From IMG/VR virus record IMGVR_UViG_3300035208_001903: 60,903 bases of DNA, one strand, 5' to 3'. Position numbers and translations under genes: made by a program. The notes under the pieces are model-generated. The model was not told where the DNA came from. It worked only from the letters and a program-made list of their open reading frames with translations, and did not search any database. The DNA comes from an uncultured virus (IMG/VR IMGVR_UViG_3300035208_001903). Its lineage: Duplodnaviria > Heunggongvirae > Uroviricota > Caudoviricetes. Of this stretch, positions 1 through 9,343 are shown piece by piece (the stretch's first letter is position 1; each line of letters starts with the position of its first letter).

Positions 1-537
1 TATTATCCAAGCCTTAGCTGCAAATTTTTGTGTTGAATCATTTAATAATTTACTGATTTCAGGCTTAGATAATATCACTGGTTCAATATCTTCTGTAGAT
101 TCATTGTTTTTATTAGTTATTTCACCAATAGCTTCGCAAAATACCATAGATATTGATTCATCTGTCAAACCGGCTGAATTATACACAAACGGGCTAATTT
201 TAATTACTTTATTTAAGGTTAATCCAACTTCTTCTTTAAGTTCACGTTTAGCAGCATCAATTATATCTTCTTTATCATTAACTAAGCCAGCCGGGAAACC
301 CCATTCATAATAATTTCTATCATAAAAGCCTATTGGAATTCGTTTTTCTTTAATTAAAACTAACTTATCACCTAATACCTTATCAACAATCTTAGGTATG
401 ATCATGATAGCTTTTTGTTTATTAGGCCTTTGAACCCATACCCAAAAGTTAGATTTACCTTCTTTATCTAAAAATTCCGTTGCTTTTAAATGCAACCACT
501 TAGTTTTAATTAAAGTTTCAGTTGTTTGTATTTCCAT
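1..537 (-). CDS. Nudix hydrolase, ADP-ribose pyrophosphatase (NudF-like); 3' end runs off the window
   Basis: Not in the ORF track; hand translation from ATG at 537 gives MEIQTTETLIKTKWL...EWGFPAGLVNDKEDIIDAAKRELKEEVGL...YNSAGLTDES...EDIE, i.e. a Nudix box plus ADPRase-type flanking motifs. Confidence 0.85.
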   Translation of the reverse strand, partial: MEIQTTETLIKTKWLHLKATEFLDKEGKSNFWVWVQRPNKQKAIMIIPKIVDKVLGDKLVLIKEKRIPIGFYDRNYYEWGFPAGLVNDKEDIIDAAKRELKEEVGLTLNKVIKISPFVYNSAGLTDESISMVFCEAIGEITNKNNESTEDIEPVILSKPEISKLLNDSTQKFAAKAWII

Positions 538-1748
538 TCTTCTTCCTCTTTAAAATCAGTTCTGTTTATATCATTAAATAAAACAAACAAAACAATTCCA
601 CCAGTAAATATAAATGTAATGATATAAGTTATAATAATGGCTGTTTTAGAAGGCTGAACACTTATACTATCATAATAATCCCAATCCTTACGTATAAAGC
701 TTTTAGACACATTAATAGCCATTGTATCAACTATAGCTTTATAATCAATATTGTTTTTCATATTAGAAACAATACTTTCAATTTTACTTTTAAGCCCACG
801 TTGATCTGTAAATGATATAACTTTGGCCCATTGTATAATATCACCGCAACTTATTCCTGGCAGAGTAGAATCCCATTCGCATACTTTATTAACACCTACA
901 GTTAATATAAATTCATTCTTATTTCCACCCCTCCAATACTTTTCTTGATATTCAGCAGCCTCAATAGTCTTATTATGAAATACTAAAAGCAACATATGAA
1001 CTTGTTTGCTTTTACCAAGTATAGCGTTCCAATTAGCCAATCTTTTTGAAACCTTAAAATCATTAATACCTAATACAGGATTATAATTAAATCTATCATA
1101 TATTGGATAATTAAACAATTCATATTCATTTATAATAGATGTATCTAATTCTTTATATGTTGTTTGAACTTTATTAATATAATGCTTACCTATAACAACA
1201 GGTATAATTTTATTAGTATCATTATTATAAGTTACACGATATGCATCACCATCTTTACCACAACCACCAAAAAGGCCAGTATTAAACTCAATATGTCTAT
1301 TTAATTCTACAAAAACCTTATTATGCCACATATTAGCCCAAGTTTCGTATGTAGCTGACGTAATTCTCCATTCATTACCTAAATTATCTGAAGCTTCCCA
1401 TTCTTCAGGATAATTATCACAATGAGAGCAATCATATGCAACTCTATCACAATGTTCAGAACATATCTTATTTTCATCAGACCCAGTACAAACTTCATGA
1501 CAATTAACATTCTTATAACAAGTTTCCCGATCCCATGTTTGCCATGATTGATAATAAATAGCAGAGTTTACATAACCGTTCCAATATTCCGTATCAATTT
1601 GTCTAGCACTTAATGATATAAAATAGGTTATAACTATAGCAACACTAGGTATACCAAATAGTATTAAATATTCCCATAAGACTATTTTTTTACTTGTTAA
1701 AAGAGATATTACGGCTACAAGAGGAATTATTAAAGCCCACCAAATCAT
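510..1748 (-). CDS. Membrane protein with Cys-rich extracytoplasmic region
   Basis: Two N-terminal hydrophobic segments, Cys-rich stretch (CYKNVNCHEVC...CSEHC...CSHC), C-terminal TM helix. Confidence 0.6.
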   Translation of the reverse strand: MIWWALIIPLVAVISLLTSKKIVLWEYLILFGIPSVAIVITYFISLSARQIDTEYWNGYVNSAIYYQSWQTWDRETCYKNVNCHEVCTGSDENKICSEHCDRVAYDCSHCDNYPEEWEASDNLGNEWRITSATYETWANMWHNKVFVELNRHIEFNTGLFGGCGKDGDAYRVTYNNDTNKIIPVVIGKHYINKVQTTYKELDTSIINEYELFNYPIYDRFNYNPVLGINDFKVSKRLANWNAILGKSKQVHMLLLVFHNKTIEAAEYQEKYWRGGNKNEFILTVGVNKVCEWDSTLPGISCGDIIQWAKVISFTDQRGLKSKIESIVSNMKNNIDYKAIVDTMAINVSKSFIRKDWDYYDSISVQPSKTAIIITYIITFIFTGGIVLFVLFNDINRTDFKEEEEWKYKQLKL

Positions 1749-1762
1749 TGCTTATCCTTTCT

Positions 1763-2110
1763 TTATTCTTTCCAAGCAAACGGCTGTAACCAAGCATTAG
1801 GTAATACAGCTTTAATATTTTGCGCACCTACTTGATTTAAAGAATGAACTATTATTATAGATTCTTTTAATATTTTTTTCTGTTGACTTATCCACTTAGC
1901 TAACTGATAACCTGTATTTTCATTTTCTGAATTAACATATACTTCACCGCCTAAATCATGATCTAAAAATATCATATCAAATGCTATATTAGTTGATAAT
2001 ATATTAATAGCTTCTTTAATATTATCAATTATAGTAATATTATGACCAATAAACTTTCTTTTAAAAGCCGTTTTCCTTTGCTCATCATCTTCTAATACAA
2101 AAATGTTCAC
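1763..2110 (-). CDS. Receiver-fold protein, cyclic-phosphate-processing receiver (cREC)-like
   Basis: LEDD, FLDHDLG, TGY and IVHSLNxxG motifs; GTG start overlapping nadD stop. Confidence 0.65.
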   Translation of the reverse strand: MNIFVLEDDEQRKTAFKRKFIGHNITIIDNIKEAINILSTNIAFDMIFLDHDLGGEVYVNSENENTGYQLAKWISQQKKILKESIIIVHSLNQVGAQNIKAVLPNAWLQPFAWKE

Positions 2111-2742
2111 AACTTAGCTCCATAAAGTTGATGTTTAATAATATAGTTCCACACATTATCTATTACCATATTTTTAGCATATTCTGGTTTATGAATTATA
2201 TTATACCTAATAGTTGTTGAACTTATATGATCATATATAATATTACTTTGAACCGTTTGATGATGTGAAGTTTTAAACATATTAGCTATTTCAATTTCTT
2301 CTTCATTTAAAAAAGAATAAGTTGGTCTTTGATAAACTATAAAAGGAATAGTTTCAATTAACTTTTCCCAATTCCACCAAGTCTTAATGTTCTTTATACA
2401 ATCTGCACCAACAATATTATAATACTGGTTTTTATCCCGGCTTTCAACAAAACTATTAATTCTTTCATCTTTTAATATAAACTCAAAAGTTGAAAGTGAT
2501 TTACCATTTAACTTGTTATCAATTTCTAAAGACGAAACTATTACATTTTTAATATGACCAAAACATAACTTACACATATTTAATCTATGTTCCGGTCCTA
2601 TAACATTAGTTTTATCTTCTCTAATATATGAAGGTATAACGATAACTTGATCTACTAAATCTTGAAGTAATACATCTTGTACAATATTTAAGTGAGTTTT
2701 ATGCGGCGGATCAAAAGACCCACCAAATACACCTATTCTCAT
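2107..2742 (-). CDS. nadD: Nicotinate/nicotinamide mononucleotide adenylyltransferase
   Basis: GVFGGSFDPPHKTH (HxGH-like), IVGAD, W-W, ISSTTIR motifs. Confidence 0.9.
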   Translation of the reverse strand: MRIGVFGGSFDPPHKTHLNIVQDVLLQDLVDQVIVIPSYIREDKTNVIGPEHRLNMCKLCFGHIKNVIVSSLEIDNKLNGKSLSTFEFILKDERINSFVESRDKNQYYNIVGADCIKNIKTWWNWEKLIETIPFIVYQRPTYSFLNEEEIEIANMFKTSHHQTVQSNIIYDHISSTTIRYNIIHKPEYAKNMVIDNVWNYIIKHQLYGAKL

Positions 2743-2745
2743 TTA

Positions 2746-3006
2746 TTATTCCAAATCCTCATCTTCAGGTACAATACTCATAATACAATAATCTTCTGGA
2801 ATACCAAAACTTCCACCTTTAATAATATAAGTAACAACAACATAAAATCTATCATCAGTAAAATCATTAGTTGCAGGATCCCATTCACACAATTCTAATA
2901 TATCATTAACTTTATAATCTCTATCATTCTTACGATATTCAAATGTTTTAATACCAGAAACTACATCTTTAAACATTTCTGGCCATATTTTTAATGTATG
3001 AGTCGT
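2746..3006 (-). CDS. ASCH/PUA-like (DUF3850-type) domain protein
   Basis: THTLKIWPEMFKDVVSGIKTFEYRKNDRDYKVNDILELCEW; family-like sequence extends 10 codons upstream of the track ATG (2976) to an ACG at 3006. Confidence 0.7.
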   Translation of the reverse strand, partial: TTHTLKIWPEMFKDVVSGIKTFEYRKNDRDYKVNDILELCEWDPATNDFTDDRFYVVVTYIIKGGSFGIPEDYCIMSIVPEDEDLE

Positions 3007-3007
3007 T

Positions 3008-3901
3008 TTATACCCAAATGTTACTTAAACGAGATATAGCTCTAGAATTACTTATAGGAATTTCTCTTTTAAACATTGATTTAATATACCTTTGAACAAC
3101 AGGATGATCTTTAAATGTTTGACGATAAGTTACAAAATCTTCATATTTTTCAGGTCTACCATCCCAATATAAATAATCATCCCAACAAAAACAATCTGCA
3201 TCTGTTGTTAGCCAAGTTTTCAATATCTTATCTACTTCTTCATATGAATCAGCACCAAGTTCATCTAAATCACTATTAGTAACTCCTAATCCTGCTGTTG
3301 GTGTAGCATGAATACAAGCATTTAAAGCTTCTGATTTCCACGAATCTTTAGTTTGTATTAATGAATTATTCATTATATGTCTTGCTAAATCATATACATC
3401 AGTTTTCCATAAAGCCTTAATCAGTTCATAATCCCCAACATCGCCGCATATGGTCCAATAACCAAGCATATATTCTGTATAATTATCTGTACTAAGAACC
3501 ATACCTTTATTTAATCCTGCAATGTTATAAAGATATATCATACGAAGTCTAGCTTTAATATTGCCATCAGATATTTTATCATGTATGCCTTCAACCTCTA
3601 ATATATAATTTTGTAATCCTGTAAATGTTGCATTAAAACTTACTTCTTTAAAATTATGACAATATAAATTACCAATAGCCTTAGCTCTATCAATTTCGTT
3701 CTGTTTATTTGAAATAATAGGAATACTTCGACCGATAAGAGGAATATTTAAACTATCACATACTGGTCTAGCTAAAGCAGCACATAATGTAGAATCAATA
3801 CCACCAGACACCCCTAAAACTAAACTCTTTAAATCATGACTTTGAATATAAGACTTTAACTCATTCTGAATAGTTTCTATAACCAATTCACAATTTTTCA
3901 T
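3008..3901 (-). CDS. nadE: NH3-dependent NAD+ synthetase
   Basis: LGVSGGIDS PP-loop, NIKARLRM, TDNYTE..LGYWTICGD, PTAGL motifs. Confidence 0.92.
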   Translation of the reverse strand: MKNCELVIETIQNELKSYIQSHDLKSLVLGVSGGIDSTLCAALARPVCDSLNIPLIGRSIPIISNKQNEIDRAKAIGNLYCHNFKEVSFNATFTGLQNYILEVEGIHDKISDGNIKARLRMIYLYNIAGLNKGMVLSTDNYTEYMLGYWTICGDVGDYELIKALWKTDVYDLARHIMNNSLIQTKDSWKSEALNACIHATPTAGLGVTNSDLDELGADSYEEVDKILKTWLTTDADCFCWDDYLYWDGRPEKYEDFVTYRQTFKDHPVVQRYIKSMFKREIPISNSRAISRLSNIWV

Positions 3902-3913
3902 TTATATTCCTTT

Positions 3914-4483
3914 TTAAAGTCTAGCTATAGCAAAATGGGCTCCTGCTTTTTTCATACGTTTCATAGATTCATATTGATTATCTATTCCTTTACATAAAAT
4001 TCCGTTTTCTAAATCCATCCAAACAACAGCATTTTCAAACACATTAACATTTATACCTAACTTAATAAGCCCCATAACAGCTGATTCTACACAAATATTT
4101 CCAACTATACCATAAACATAAGCATCAGTTACGCGATTTTCCATTAACCAAGAAGCGACTTTTTTATTACCTAATTTTGAATCAAATACATCATATGTCT
4201 GCTTAGGAAATATAATTGCTCTTTTATTAGCTGTTTCAATGATACCAGCTGCGCCACTAGAATCTTTAATACAATGTAATGGAAAAGTACCACCATTACA
4301 ATTCATTTCCGGTTCACTGCCATCGTGTTCATCATTAAACTTTATTACTTGAATTTTATCGTCTTTAGCAAGTTTAGTTATCTTTGCTAAAGCCGGTTTA
4401 ATTGAATTTGCATTTGGTACAGGTAATGCTCCACCTTCAAAAAAATCAACTAAAGTATCAACGTCTACAAATACGTTATTCAT
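3914..4483 (-). CDS. pncA: Nicotinamidase (isochorismatase family)
   Basis: VDVDTLVDFFEGGALPVP, DEH, FPLHC, K..YDVF, GIVGNICV (Asp-Lys-Cys triad and metal His residues). Confidence 0.85.
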   Translation of the reverse strand: MNNVFVDVDTLVDFFEGGALPVPNANSIKPALAKITKLAKDDKIQVIKFNDEHDGSEPEMNCNGGTFPLHCIKDSSGAAGIIETANKRAIIFPKQTYDVFDSKLGNKKVASWLMENRVTDAYVYGIVGNICVESAVMGLIKLGINVNVFENAVVWMDLENGILCKGIDNQYESMKRMKKAGAHFAIARL

Positions 4484-4752
4484 TTAACCTTCCTTGCATT
4501 AATAGTATTAAAGTAATTTTTAACTATTTGCGCGACTTTACCCCAAATAACTACATCTGGCTTTTCTTTGGCACTTTTCATATTATTATCAATATAATTC
4601 ATTGCATTAACAAAATCAAGAGTTCCGTCAATTAATTTTCTAATAATATAATTGATCTTATAAGCCAATTTTTTATTTGGAATTTGGGTTAGTTCGACTA
4701 AAGGTTTAAACAGTATTTTAATAAATTCTTCTTTAGTTTCTTTTTTATTCAT
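4480..4752 (-). CDS. Hypothetical protein
   Basis: 90 aa ORF overlapping both neighbours in the operon. Confidence 0.6.
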   Translation of the reverse strand: MNKKETKEEFIKILFKPLVELTQIPNKKLAYKINYIIRKLIDGTLDFVNAMNYIDNNMKSAKEKPDVVIWGKVAQIVKNYFNTINARKVK

Positions 4753-5479
4753 TTTCGTTTTTAAATTCCTTAGCGCCGCCTAATATTCCAATCATTGCAC
4801 CAAAACCAAGTTCTTCTTTAACAATAGATCTTTCTCTAATAACATCCATTAATTTTATTTTTTCTTCTTTATTAGCTTGTCGCCATATATCAATTGATTT
4901 AGAATAAGTAAGTAATTGATCTTCCATATCTTGCGTTAATAGCATAACATAATTAATATCTTTTAATTCCGCATTATTTTCATCTCTATAATGATTACAG
5001 TCAAATCCAAAAACTATATATGAATCATTTAACTTAACAATTTCTTTATTATATTTTTGAATAATTTCTTTTCTTAAATCCATTCGTTTCATAAAATCAG
5101 TTTCTTGAATTCCATTAATTTCTTCAACAGCTTTACTTTCAAAATATTTATAACCAATATCATTACTATAGACTTCACAGAAAGTTATTCCACCATGAAT
5201 ATTTAAATATTGTAAAGCATCTGCATTATACTCACCATACCATTCAACAGGAACTTGATCAACTGGTAATGCTACATAACCGCATAAATGACTATCACAC
5301 GATAAAATTGCTTTATTGTCTTTTATCAGTATACAATCTTTATGATTAAAAGGATAAAAATTTAATTTACTTTTGGATTTGTGTTTAATAACATTAGGAA
5401 CAATTTTGTTTGCGCCTAAAGCATCAGCAATTTCTCTAACTGATAATGATACTTCTTGTTTAATCTTTTTTAAGCTCAC
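4745..5479 (-). CDS. Hypothetical phage protein
   Basis: HLCGYVALP, IHGGITF, FGFDCNH motifs; GTG start with AAAGGA RBS. Confidence 0.7.
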   Translation of the reverse strand: MSLKKIKQEVSLSVREIADALGANKIVPNVIKHKSKSKLNFYPFNHKDCILIKDNKAILSCDSHLCGYVALPVDQVPVEWYGEYNADALQYLNIHGGITFCEVYSNDIGYKYFESKAVEEINGIQETDFMKRMDLRKEIIQKYNKEIVKLNDSYIVFGFDCNHYRDENNAELKDINYVMLLTQDMEDQLLTYSKSIDIWRQANKEEKIKLMDVIRERSIVKEELGFGAMIGILGGAKEFKNENE

Positions 5480-5495
5480 AATATTAATCCTTTCT

Positions 5496-5527
5496 AAAAA
5501 GTAGGACCCTTTTCAGGGCCCTACTTT
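5496..5527 (-). terminator. Rho-independent terminator
   Basis: Minus strand GTAGGGCCCT-GAAA-AGGGTCCTAC followed by TTTTT (10 bp stem, GNRA loop). Confidence 0.9.
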
Positions 5528-5545
5528 CAGTCATAAATCCATTAA

Positions 5546-5692
5546 TCAATAAGCAACGATTTCATGGATCCGAGTCTTTGAAAGACCAATCCTATTCGCA
5601 AGTGAACGAACACTGAAATGACCAGTGCTATACATCTTACGAATACGTACATCTCTCTTTGCCTGTTGCTTAGGCGTCAACTTCCGGGTCAT
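5546..5692 (-). CDS. 48-aa basic helix-turn-helix DNA-binding protein
   Basis: Not in the ORF track. MTRKLTPKQQAKRDVRIRKMYSTGHFSVRSLANRIGLSKTRIHEIVAY; strong GAGGAGG RBS; followed by a terminator. Confidence 0.8.
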   Translation of the reverse strand: MTRKLTPKQQAKRDVRIRKMYSTGHFSVRSLANRIGLSKTRIHEIVAY

Positions 5693-5720
5693 TATGACCT
5701 CCTCTTGTTAAAGATTACAA

Positions 5721-6224
5721 CTATCCCCGACCTGTTCGGGCTAACTCTTCTTTATAATGCGTGTCACATAAAGTCTTTATCCAACCTAAATCCCATCTTG
5801 TTTCACCATCATCACCACATACTTCACATGTATGTGCGCTTAATATTTCAGCAGTATCTACATTATGATTAATTATTTCATATTTTGTATATATTCCTAA
5901 TAAATGTCTAACATAATCAAATACTCTTTGCACCTTATACTTTGTTATTTGATTAAATTTATAAGGTAAATTATATTTTATTTCATTAGATTCAAAATCA
6001 AAATACACTCTTAAGGTCCCATATTTTTCTTTAATCTGTAATAGTTCAAACTCGTCTTTATCATCTATAGTTAAATAAATACTAGTTAATAATTCCCATA
6101 TAATATCAAACCAGCCGTCAGAACATTCACAACCCCAACCCATTAAACTAACTTGAATATTATCTTTATGTTTAAAAAATTCAGGAAAAGCTTCGTATAT
6201 TCTATTATTTAATTTACTATCCAT
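5721..6224 (-). CDS. Hypothetical phage protein with C-terminal Zn-finger-like motif
   Basis: ECSDGWF, QIKEKYGTLR, TCEVCG...TLCDTH; start reassigned to ATG 6224. Confidence 0.7.
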   Translation of the reverse strand: MDSKLNNRIYEAFPEFFKHKDNIQVSLMGWGCECSDGWFDIIWELLTSIYLTIDDKDEFELLQIKEKYGTLRVYFDFESNEIKYNLPYKFNQITKYKVQRVFDYVRHLLGIYTKYEIINHNVDTAEILSAHTCEVCGDDGETRWDLGWIKTLCDTHYKEELARTGRG

Positions 6225-6225
6225 T

Positions 6226-6798
6226 TTACCACCATAATCCTCTAAGGTATTGAGCAAATAAACTCAATCCTTCATTTATAATTTTTTCTTGGTTCTGCAT
6301 ATCATTAATATCTTTCCAATCATCTTTTACTATAGTTTCAAATGCTAAAATCATTTTATCTATTATTTCGTTCCAATCCTTCTCCATTTGTTCCCAATGT
6401 GCTTCAGATGCTTCTTTACTTAACTTACTTTCTTCTTCCCATGTTAATTTAGATATATTACCAGGAAATCCTTTTAATTCAAGTTCACGAAATCTTTTAA
6501 GTCTAGGTAAAATAAACTTAGCTATAGTATCATCTAAACTCCAAGTATCAGAATCATCAAATCCTCTTGTAATTCTTTGCCATAAAAATCTTAACCTACG
6601 CCAATTATATACAGGATTAATTATATCCCATATCTTAACAATAATTCTATAATAAATATAATCCCAGATCTTTTGATACCAAGGTCTATTTTTTAATCTT
6701 TCTGTTATAGAACTAAACATTTCTTTAACAGTTGAAAATATTTCAGAACTATCTATATCCTTTTCTATATCTTTCTTTATATCCTTCTTTTTTTTCAT
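6226..6798 (-). CDS. Hypothetical phage protein
   Basis: 190 aa, QRITRGFDDSDTWSLD, ends in LWW; coupled to neighbours. Confidence 0.7.
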   Translation of the reverse strand: MKKKKDIKKDIEKDIDSSEIFSTVKEMFSSITERLKNRPWYQKIWDYIYYRIIVKIWDIINPVYNWRRLRFLWQRITRGFDDSDTWSLDDTIAKFILPRLKRFRELELKGFPGNISKLTWEEESKLSKEASEAHWEQMEKDWNEIIDKMILAFETIVKDDWKDINDMQNQEKIINEGLSLFAQYLRGLWW

Positions 6799-7100
6799 AA
6801 TCCTTCCCGAATATATCCAGCAATTTGAAATTTACTCCAATAATGACCATTAAACCTTTTAGTTTCTTTTCCATCCTTATAAACTATAACTGTTGGTATA
6901 TAATGTACTCCTAATGATTCTTTTATGACATTAGTTAATTCTAAAGTATAATAAGTCGCATTAACATCTTTTAATAATTCACTAATACAAGCGTTCATTT
7001 CATTTAAAAATTTTTTACAAGGAGTTCTAGACTCAACTTGTACTAAGATAACAACAATACCTAAATTTGGTATTTGATCTACGGATTCTAATCTATTCAT
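6795..7100 (-). CDS. Thioredoxin-fold protein with degenerate active site
   Basis: RTPCK in place of WCxxC; GVHYIPTVIVYKDGKETKRFNG cis-Pro motif. Confidence 0.65.
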   Translation of the reverse strand: MNRLESVDQIPNLGIVVILVQVESRTPCKKFLNEMNACISELLKDVNATYYTLELTNVIKESLGVHYIPTVIVYKDGKETKRFNGHYWSKFQIAGYIREGL

Positions 7101-7897
7101 TCAAACAATTCCATAAATTGATCTTCACTAAGAACTTTTGTTCCATATGATTGTGCCTTAACAGCCTTAGAAGAACCAGAATTTGGATCTGCCATAACAA
7201 GAAAATCAGTATCCTTACTTAAAGACGACGGGCACTCTCCACCAACTTCCATTACCATTTTCTGTGCTTCGTTTCTTTTAATATTCAAAGCACCAGTAAA
7301 AACTACCTTTTTCCCTGTCAATGGATGTGACTTTGTCATTTTAACTTTCTCCTTTATCTTAATACCAACATTCAATAATTGTAATATAACATCTTTCTTC
7401 TTTGAAATGCCATTAATTATATCATTTGCCGTAGTTTCACCAATACCTTTAATATTAGATAAATCAATAGACTTTGATTCTAATAGTTTATTTATGGTAT
7501 CATATCCATTACGTTCTAACAATTCGGCTGTTTTTTGACTAACATTAGGTATATTCAATCCACCTATAAACTCACCAAACGATATATCTTTCTTTTCATT
7601 TAATGTTTCAACAATCTTATTAGCTGAACTGGAACCAAAACCTTCTAAGTTTTCAATTAATTCTGGTTTTAATTTATAAAGGTCTGCTGGGGTTGCCACT
7701 AATTCAGCGTTATATAGTTTTTCTAAGGTAGCTTCTGCAACGCCTTTTAAATCAAGCTTTTTAATCCATTTAATCAAATCCCCGATTTTTCCACCAGAAC
7801 ATTCAGGATTAGGACAAATTAAATAAACTCCATCTCGTTTAGTTTCACAATTACATACAGGGCAATTCAATGGTGGAGTGAAATATTCCTTATTCAT
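7097..7897 (-). CDS. ligA: NAD-dependent DNA ligase, C-terminal half (Zn finger, HhH, BRCT)
   Basis: CPVC...CPNPEC, HhH motifs (LKGVAE, LEGFGSSSA, IKGIGETTA), BRCT GKKVVFTG...TDFLV...SKAVKA; own GAAGGAG RBS. Confidence 0.92.
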   Translation of the reverse strand: MNKEYFTPPLNCPVCNCETKRDGVYLICPNPECSGGKIGDLIKWIKKLDLKGVAEATLEKLYNAELVATPADLYKLKPELIENLEGFGSSSANKIVETLNEKKDISFGEFIGGLNIPNVSQKTAELLERNGYDTINKLLESKSIDLSNIKGIGETTANDIINGISKKKDVILQLLNVGIKIKEKVKMTKSHPLTGKKVVFTGALNIKRNEAQKMVMEVGGECPSSLSKDTDFLVMADPNSGSSKAVKAQSYGTKVLSEDQFMELFE

Positions 7898-7900
7898 CTA

Positions 7901-8149
7901 TTACTCCTTCGCTTTCAATGGATAGTATTCAACTTCAATTATATATTTTCCATTAAATTCTTTTACAGTTCCATCAGGATAAGTAGCTTTTATCCATTTA
8001 ACAATAGCCATTTCGCCATTAACTTCAAACCACTCTAACTTACAAGGAGATATACCAGAAGATATATCACCTTCAGCATAAATAAAACCTCTACCATCAA
8101 CTAATACTTGTTTGATTTTTTTATTATCCATCAGACCATGCCTCTTCAA
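7901..8149 (-). CDS. Hypothetical protein
   Basis: Short ORF in the operon; true start may be ATG 8131. Confidence 0.55.
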   Translation of the reverse strand: MKRHGLMDNKKIKQVLVDGRGFIYAEGDISSGISPCKLEWFEVNGEMAIVKWIKATYPDGTVKEFNGKYIIEVEYYPLKAKE

Positions 8150-8567
8150 TCCAACTACATTTAACTTTTTTACCTAAAAGTTCACTGGTTTCTTCTTCAA
8201 TTTGTTTTTTCCAATCAGCAAAAGTTATATCATTTGGCGCACTCTGTGGTGATTTTCCAATATAATAACCTACATCAGAAGTACCAAAAAATAAATCACT
8301 ACTATCAGATTTTAGATCTTCCCAATCATCTTCATATTCTTCAGTAAGTTTTTCAATAATTTGATCAACAGTTTGATTTTCTTGGTGAATTATATTGTAT
8401 ATTTCTTCATCTGTATACTTATAAACTGATTTAAATTCTTCAATTGTTTTCAGTTTTTTAATTTCATTTATAAGTATAACATCTCTATCTTCACTATCAA
8501 TTGCAATTCCATATATTAAAAATGAACTAGTTGAACTATTACTTACAAATCCTTTTCTGATCTTCAT
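8124..8567 (-). CDS. FVSNSSS-leader protein, paralog 1
   Basis: Starts MKIRKGFVSNSSTSSF (start moved from TTG 8585 to ATG 8567). Confidence 0.8.
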   Translation of the reverse strand: MKIRKGFVSNSSTSSFLIYGIAIDSEDRDVILINEIKKLKTIEEFKSVYKYTDEEIYNIIHQENQTVDQIIEKLTEEYEDDWEDLKSDSSDLFFGTSDVGYYIGKSPQSAPNDITFADWKKQIEEETSELLGKKVKCSWIEEAWSDG

Positions 8568-8578
8568 AATATTCTCAA

Positions 8579-8977
8579 TTAACAAGAAAGACTTTCAAAA
8601 ACACAATCTTTTTTCATTTTTTTAATTTTATCACTTAAAATTCTCAAAGCGCTTTCACGCATATATACTATACCTTCAATAGTATCCCAATCGTCCATTT
8701 CTTCTTCAGTTAATACAACTTCTTTTCCTTCATGATTTATAAATTTATGACTTTCATAATCTTCAAAAATATCCTGAAAACAAACATCTTCTGTTGATTC
8801 ATGATCTAAAATGCATATAATATCTTTACCATTAAAATTTACAGTTTTAGTTCTACCAATTACATGTTGTATTGATGGATGTAATTTTACTATTGCTTCA
8901 TCAAAATCCTTTTTATCTGCAACTAATACAAACGAACTGGAGCTGCTATTACTTACAAATCCTAAACGAACTTTCAT
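8579..8977 (-). CDS. FVSNSSS-leader protein, paralog 2
   Basis: Starts MKVRLGFVSNSSSSSF; AGGAG RBS. Confidence 0.85.
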   Translation of the reverse strand: MKVRLGFVSNSSSSSFVLVADKKDFDEAIVKLHPSIQHVIGRTKTVNFNGKDIICILDHESTEDVCFQDIFEDYESHKFINHEGKEVVLTEEEMDDWDTIEGIVYMRESALRILSDKIKKMKKDCVFESLSC

Positions 8978-8986
8978 ACTTCCTCC

Positions 8987-9334
8987 TTAGTATCCTGCTT
9001 CGTTTTCAATAACTGTTACATGTGGATTATTTTTTCTATCTATACCACACTCACATATAGCTCCTTCTATAGTATCACCGGATTGATCATCAAATGAACC
9101 AAATAAAATTGTATTACCTTCTTCAATCAATTTCAAACATTTAGTAAACAACTTTTTATCATCATTATCTATCTCTGCAAGTGCTTTTATTAAATCGTCT
9201 TCATCTTCACAAACATAGTCTGCTAACGATTTTAAATCAATTTCACCAGTAAATTTTACTTTAGTATTCTTTTTTACAGCAACAATAAAAGAACTAGAAC
9301 TACTATTACTTACAAACCCATTTCTAATTTTCAT
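8987..9334 (-). CDS. FVSNSSS-leader protein, paralog 3
   Basis: Starts MKIRNGFVSNSSSSSF; AGGAG RBS. Confidence 0.85.
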   Translation of the reverse strand: MKIRNGFVSNSSSSSFIVAVKKNTKVKFTGEIDLKSLADYVCEDEDDLIKALAEIDNDDKKLFTKCLKLIEEGNTILFGSFDDQSGDTIEGAICECGIDRKNNPHVTVIENEAGY

Positions 9335-9343
9335 ATTTTCTCC

